Shown: positions 60,176 to 64,000 of the stretch, piece by piece
Numbering within the stretch: the stretch's first letter is position 1
Layout: every line of letters starts with the position of its first letter
Assembly: GCA_045661145.1 (NCBI GenBank)
Contig: JAZRFC010000075.1
Location: forward strand, 20,763-84,762
Source of the DNA: Clostridia bacterium
GTDB lineage: Bacteria; Bacillota; Clostridia; UMGS1883
Reading direction: 5' to 3'
DNA: 64,000 nucleotides
The notes under the pieces: model-generated
Databases searched by the model: none
What the model saw: the letters and a program-made list of their open reading frames with translations, nothing else
What the model was told of the DNA's origin: nothing
Program-made: the position numbers and the translations under genes

Positions 60176-61804
60176 TTACGGTTTCAACTTAACTTCGCAA
60201 AATTCTCCTGTTTCTATATTTCTATAAATCAGTGTATCTCCAAAAATTGTGATTGCAGTCGCATCATCCGCACTTACAAATGGAGATCTCACATGGTTGT
60301 TAAACCCCTCGTTAGACGCATCAAATACAACAAGTCTTGCACTTGGGTTTTCCGATTTATCCCTTGCTACTAAGTAGCCATTCTGATAGCTGAAGCTTGT
60401 ATTCGTTGAAAAAGTCATTATTCTTTCTCTACCCTGGTACGGAGGTGGTACAGAACCGTTAGGATCCCCGTACACATCTACATGCGAGCCGTTATCGTCT
60501 TTTGTAATAACATACATTCCCCAAAACGGACTTTTTTCAACGTAAGCTTCGTCTTCCTGTATAATTTGTATCATATCCAGAAATGTTCCCGAATTTTCTC
60601 TCACTTCAAAATACTGTCCCGAATCAACATGATATTGGTCAAGACATCCATCACAAGTGTAAATAACCACTTGACCTCTTGTTTCGCTATCGTATGCCTT
60701 AAAATTATCAACATTGTCTTCTATTTCCAAAATCTTTCCGCTTTTAACATTTATGGAATACAAAATTTTTACTTCTTCCTCACCCTTATATCCGATTACA
60801 TAAATATTATCTCCTACAATCTGAGGAGGGATAACATCAAGCGACGAATGTCGTCCAGGTGTTCCAAAAGAGATTTCGGGGATTTTAACCTCGGTTCGGT
60901 TTTCCCCAACATAGTAGCAAAAGCTCCAATCGCCGGTAAAGAAAGACAATTCAGCCGTAACACCATCGCCGTAGGCACAATAGTAACTTGCTGGACCGCT
61001 TGCCTTTTCAGCCTCTGTAAGTGTTTTATCCTTATTGATATAATATTTATGGTCTGATCCCATCGTAGCACCGCCGCTGCGGTAGGATAAATAAACCTTT
61101 CCGTCTGCATAGCTGAGTCCTGCAGGAATTCCGCTTTCAATGTGGTGAATAACCTCCTGCTTGCCGAGATCATTAACAGGTGTTCTGTATATGTTTCCGT
61201 TGGCTGAATTATGATGGTAATAATACTCTCCGTCACAGGTAAATCCGGCATACGCACCGACCATTTCAAGAGCAGATAAGTCCAGCATCTTAACTCTGTG
61301 ATTAGATGAATTTATTACAAGCCCGTTTTTGTTGTCAAAAAAGTATTCCCATCCAAATTCATCGACCGCAAACCGCCAAGTAAGAGGAAAATATGTCACA
61401 TCACGGAAAGTCAGGAGTGGATAAGGTTCTGTTTTATTATCAATCGTTTTTCCATTTACAATAATATTAAAATTGCAAATACTAACATCATTTTCCGTTT
61501 GGTTCTTACTCTCGCTTTTATAGGCAGTAAGAACAGAATTTATATTCTTCTTTGATATAGTAAGAGTATTTGTTACTCCATCCCATGCAGTTACAATACC
61601 GAGATGACGGCTATCAAAATAGGTCATAGGGAAATATGTAATATCCTTGTATACGAGCAGTGGGTACTGTCTGAATTCATTTTCAACTTTGTTTCCATTG
61701 AAATAAACATCAAATTCAGGCAAAACTGCAATTTCTTTTGCTGACACAGACATCGCAGGTATTACCATTACGATAATCATCAAAACAATAAACATCTTTT
61801 TCAT
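60176..61804 (-). CDS. Secreted stalk-domain + beta-propeller-like protein, paralog 3
   Basis: Signal peptide, then the stalk repeats QYPLLVYKDITYFPMTYFDSRHLG and PYPLLTFRDVTYFPLTWRFAVDEFGWEY. Confidence 0.7.
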   Translation of the reverse strand: MKKMFIVLMIIVMVIPAMSVSAKEIAVLPEFDVYFNGNKVENEFRQYPLLVYKDITYFPMTYFDSRHLGIVTAWDGVTNTLTISKKNINSVLTAYKSESKNQTENDVSICNFNIIVNGKTIDNKTEPYPLLTFRDVTYFPLTWRFAVDEFGWEYFFDNKNGLVINSSNHRVKMLDLSALEMVGAYAGFTCDGEYYYHHNSANGNIYRTPVNDLGKQEVIHHIESGIPAGLSYADGKVYLSYRSGGATMGSDHKYYINKDKTLTEAEKASGPASYYCAYGDGVTAELSFFTGDWSFCYYVGENRTEVKIPEISFGTPGRHSSLDVIPPQIVGDNIYVIGYKGEEEVKILYSINVKSGKILEIEDNVDNFKAYDSETRGQVVIYTCDGCLDQYHVDSGQYFEVRENSGTFLDMIQIIQEDEAYVEKSPFWGMYVITKDDNGSHVDVYGDPNGSVPPPYQGRERIMTFSTNTSFSYQNGYLVARDKSENPSARLVVFDASNEGFNNHVRSPFVSADDATAITIFGDTLIYRNIETGEFCEVKLKP

Positions 61805-61846
61805 AATATACCACCTTTAGTTCACTTAAAAATTCTTGAATTTTAG

Positions 61847-61893
61847 TATATCATATAATAATGTATTCTCTGTGTTTTTTCATAAAAAGACAC
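61847..61893 (-). promoter_or_regulatory. Conserved ~47-bp promoter box upstream of paralog 3
   Basis: TATATCATATAATAATGTATTCTCTGTGTTTTTTCATAAAAAGACAC. Confidence 0.55.
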
Positions 61894-62080
61894 TTTATTT
61901 GTAAAACTCGTAATTAATTATATCACTATTCTTTAAATTTAACAATCTATATTAATATACATTATATGGATGCAAAGAAAATATATTTATTTCTTTTTCT
62001 TCTTATGCTTTGCCCATATTTTTTCACCTCCTGCGAGACAAAGCATACCACATAAGAGAGAGGAAGTCCACGAAGTTTTT

Positions 62081-62446
62081 TTACAATCTTCCATGTCTTT
62101 TCTTAACATTTTCGATTGCCATCTCTTCAATGTCTTCCATGTAGTACTGAGTATAGGCACCACTCATGATCATCGTTTGCTTTTCAATGCTGACAGCAAA
62201 TTTGAAAAGCATATCGGCGACTCTGTCTGTGTGACCGGCGATTGTACAATCTACTGCCTGAACCAACAGTTTATTCATGTATGTACCTATGCTATCATAC
62301 TGAAGTTTTGAGAGATATTCTTCGATAGCTTCACCGCAAAATGCACTCTCACTTTTGTAGCCAAGGTCCTCAACATAATTTTTAATTTGTCTTTGAACCT
62401 CGATAGGAACATTGAAAGTCATCTTAACTTTTTTGTTCTTCTTCAT
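62081..62446 (-). CDS. Ribbon-helix-helix (CopG/MobC-like) protein, probable relaxase accessory factor
   Basis: The N-terminal MTFNVPIEVQRQIKNYVEDLGYKSESAFCGEAIEEYL fits an RHH fold. It lies immediately downstream of the relaxase gene. Confidence 0.5.
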   Translation of the reverse strand: MKKNKKVKMTFNVPIEVQRQIKNYVEDLGYKSESAFCGEAIEEYLSKLQYDSIGTYMNKLLVQAVDCTIAGHTDRVADMLFKFAVSIEKQTMIMSGAYTQYYMEDIEEMAIENVKKRHGRL

Positions 62447-62464
62447 TGTATTTTCACCTCCTTT

Positions 62465-63596
62465 TTACATTCCGTGATGGATACCCATCGCAGTATCTTT
62501 TCTGTATTCTTTTGTTCTTTCTTTTGAATCCACAATTGATTTTGTGAATCCTTCCTGGATGTCATGGTCAATGGACTGCTCAAACATTTTACAGAGATTG
62601 AATACAATGTCAGCATAGACTGGTGTAGCTCTGACTGTATTTGTATATAAATTGTTCCGCTTATTATCGTAGAGAGTCGCTTTTAAAACAGCATTTGCTA
62701 AGCGTTTTTGGAGATTAAGATTGTTCTCCAGACTATCGAAACATTCTTCAGGATCCTTGCGATAATATTTCAAGAGAGCCAACTGAACCTGACACCATTG
62801 TTGATACAATTCTTGCAGGTTTAGATCCTTGCTTACGACTTTTACAACCGCATCGACTTTGTCTTTTTGCTCACGAGAAAGGAACTGATAATTTTTCTTG
62901 CCGGTGTATCCTGCAAGAGACAATTTCAATTCATAAAACGCACCGACAAACTCATCGGGAGCTTGACCAACATCAGCACTAAACTCACTGACTTTTTCTT
63001 TCACGGACTCAACAATTTTATCTCGAAGAGATTGTCTCGCATCATAGAGCTGCTGCATCTCATCTTTGAATATAGTTTTGGTCAGCGACTCCTTGTAGCG
63101 TTCATAGTCTCTCGGGCAAATAAATTCGCCGCCGGGTTCCTTATTATACACAAGAAAATGAACATGATAGTGGCCTTGCTCTTTATGAAAGGCAGCGTAC
63201 CATTTCATATTTTCAGCAGGAATTCTGTGGTAGGATGCTATATCAAACTGCTTCGACCTGAGAAGATTTCTCCACGCATCAGGCGTATCATATCCAAGTC
63301 TTTCTGCATCAGTTTGCCTGAGAGATATGATTTCTTCCCAGACAATTCCTTTGTGATGATATATTTCCTGCGATGCCTTATGGAGATTTACATAGTCCTC
63401 TTGACCAAACAAACCATGTTCGCCCATCTTTACAACCCCAGATCTCTCGGCAGCATATTGAGTGAACACATCCGACCTGTACCTTGTATTAATTGTTTTA
63501 TCAACTCTGTCTCTCTTTGAAATATATTCTGTGAATCCGCCGCCGACAGGTTTACCTGTCTTGCAGTATCGTGTTGATATAAAAACTTTACTCATA
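62465..63596 (-). CDS. MobP/MobA-VirD2-like relaxase (mobilisation nuclease)
   Basis: The histidine motif HKEQGHYHVHFLV is of the H-x-[DE]-x2-H-x-H-x-H type, and Tyr residues sit near the N-terminus. The start was reassigned to ATG 63596 (MSKVFISTRY) behind a GGAGG RBS. The ORF extends to 63748. Confidence 0.6.
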
Positions 63597-63644
63597 ATTT
63601 TTCCTCCAATCTCAAAAATTCTTGTAATTTTGAAGACACCTGTT

Positions 63645-63680
63645 TTAACACCTGTTGAAACGCCCACACGGTGCGGGTCG
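63645..63680. promoter_or_regulatory. GC-rich inverted repeat upstream of the relaxase gene, candidate oriT/nic region
   Basis: GTGCGG-GTCGACGGGAATA-CCGCAC lies within an unusually GC-rich 250 bp directly 5' of the relaxase gene. Confidence 0.3.
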
Positions 63681-64000
63681 ACGGGAATACCGCACACCCA
63701 AACCGCACCTGTAGATGCATTTTTCAAACTCTCCGCCGGGCTTTGCACGGCGATGTAAGCCTGCTTGGGGCGGATAACGCACCAAGCTTTATCCTGCTTC
63801 CTTCAAAAACACCACGCCTCGCCGTTTCGGGGCGCCCCATCAGGTGATTTCTCGTACTTCCGTTTGTTCTTTTAAATCGATTTTAAGGGTTTAACATAGG
63901 GCTTATCTCTTCGGTTCGAGAGGTTAACTTTTCAGGGTGGTGTAACTACCTTACCCCAAATAGTTATATGCTGAAACCCCGCCTTAAGCCCTTGGTCATA

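Larger units (their letters stand above)
38015..64000. mobile_element. AT-rich integrative (and probably mobilizable) element inserted 3' of tRNA-Pro(CGG); the right end is not resolved within the window
   Basis: There is an abrupt GC drop after the tRNA. Tandem tyrosine integrases sit ~1.7 kb from the tRNA. The cargo is secreted/surface proteins and Agr-like two-component systems. An RHH protein, a relaxase and a GC-rich inverted repeat sit at 62-63.7 kb. No direct repeat of the tRNA 3' end was found before 64000. Confidence 0.65.

Noticed and set aside
63749-64000. GC-rich hairpin-rich tail of the window (possible group II intron end or other structured RNA)
   Set aside because: The GTGCG-like start and the hairpins are suggestive, but I could not identify domain V/VI or an IEP ORF. 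It is reported only as a candidate oriT region.

Overview
Chromosomal window from a low-GC Firmicute, Clostridia-like by gene content and synteny. The first ~38 kb is conserved core, almost all on the minus strand. It holds the 3' part of the dcw cluster (mraZ-rsmH-ftsL-PBP-murE-mraY, mraY partial), a tRNA-Pro(UGG), murA, a WalJ-like MBL hydrolase and rlmH. It also holds GTP-type PEP carboxykinase, ksgA/rsmA, a HAD hydrolase, pncB, the classic SRP-RNA(ffs)-dnaX-ybaB-recR block, hslO, and the rpmG-secE-nusG-rplKAJL cluster with a tRNA Met-Glu-Val operon. A complete 8-gene aromatic amino-acid (shikimate/Phe/Tyr) supra-operon follows, preceded by a Phe/Tyr-rich leader peptide plus intrinsic terminator, which looks like ribosome-mediated attenuation. 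Then come htrA, an NSS-family transporter, comM/yifB and tRNA-Pro(CGG) with two upstream 5'-tRNA fragment copies. From the 3' end of tRNA-Pro(CGG) at ~38.0 kb to the window end the DNA is much more AT-rich and looks like an integrative, mobilizable element. It has two tandem tyrosine integrases with AP2-like arm domains, and the first carries a third arm-domain copy at its C-terminus. It also has an orphan 482-aa protein, many secreted or cell-surface proteins (copper-amine-oxidase-N-terminal 'stalk' domains, SLH domains, a Listeria-Bacteroides repeat, WG repeats and a family of three stalk+propeller-like paralogs), two paralogous AgrC/AgrA-like (GHKL histidine kinase + LytTR regulator) cassettes without recognisable agrBD, and a HEPN-motif protein. 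An RHH protein, a MobP-like relaxase and a candidate oriT inverted repeat sit at the far end. Non-coding highlights are a ~180-bp structured repeat family (3 copies plus one solo palindrome module) around pncB/SRP/dnaX/recR and an 8-unit hairpin array between the tRNA operon and rpmG. No CRISPR array, rRNA or transposase was seen.
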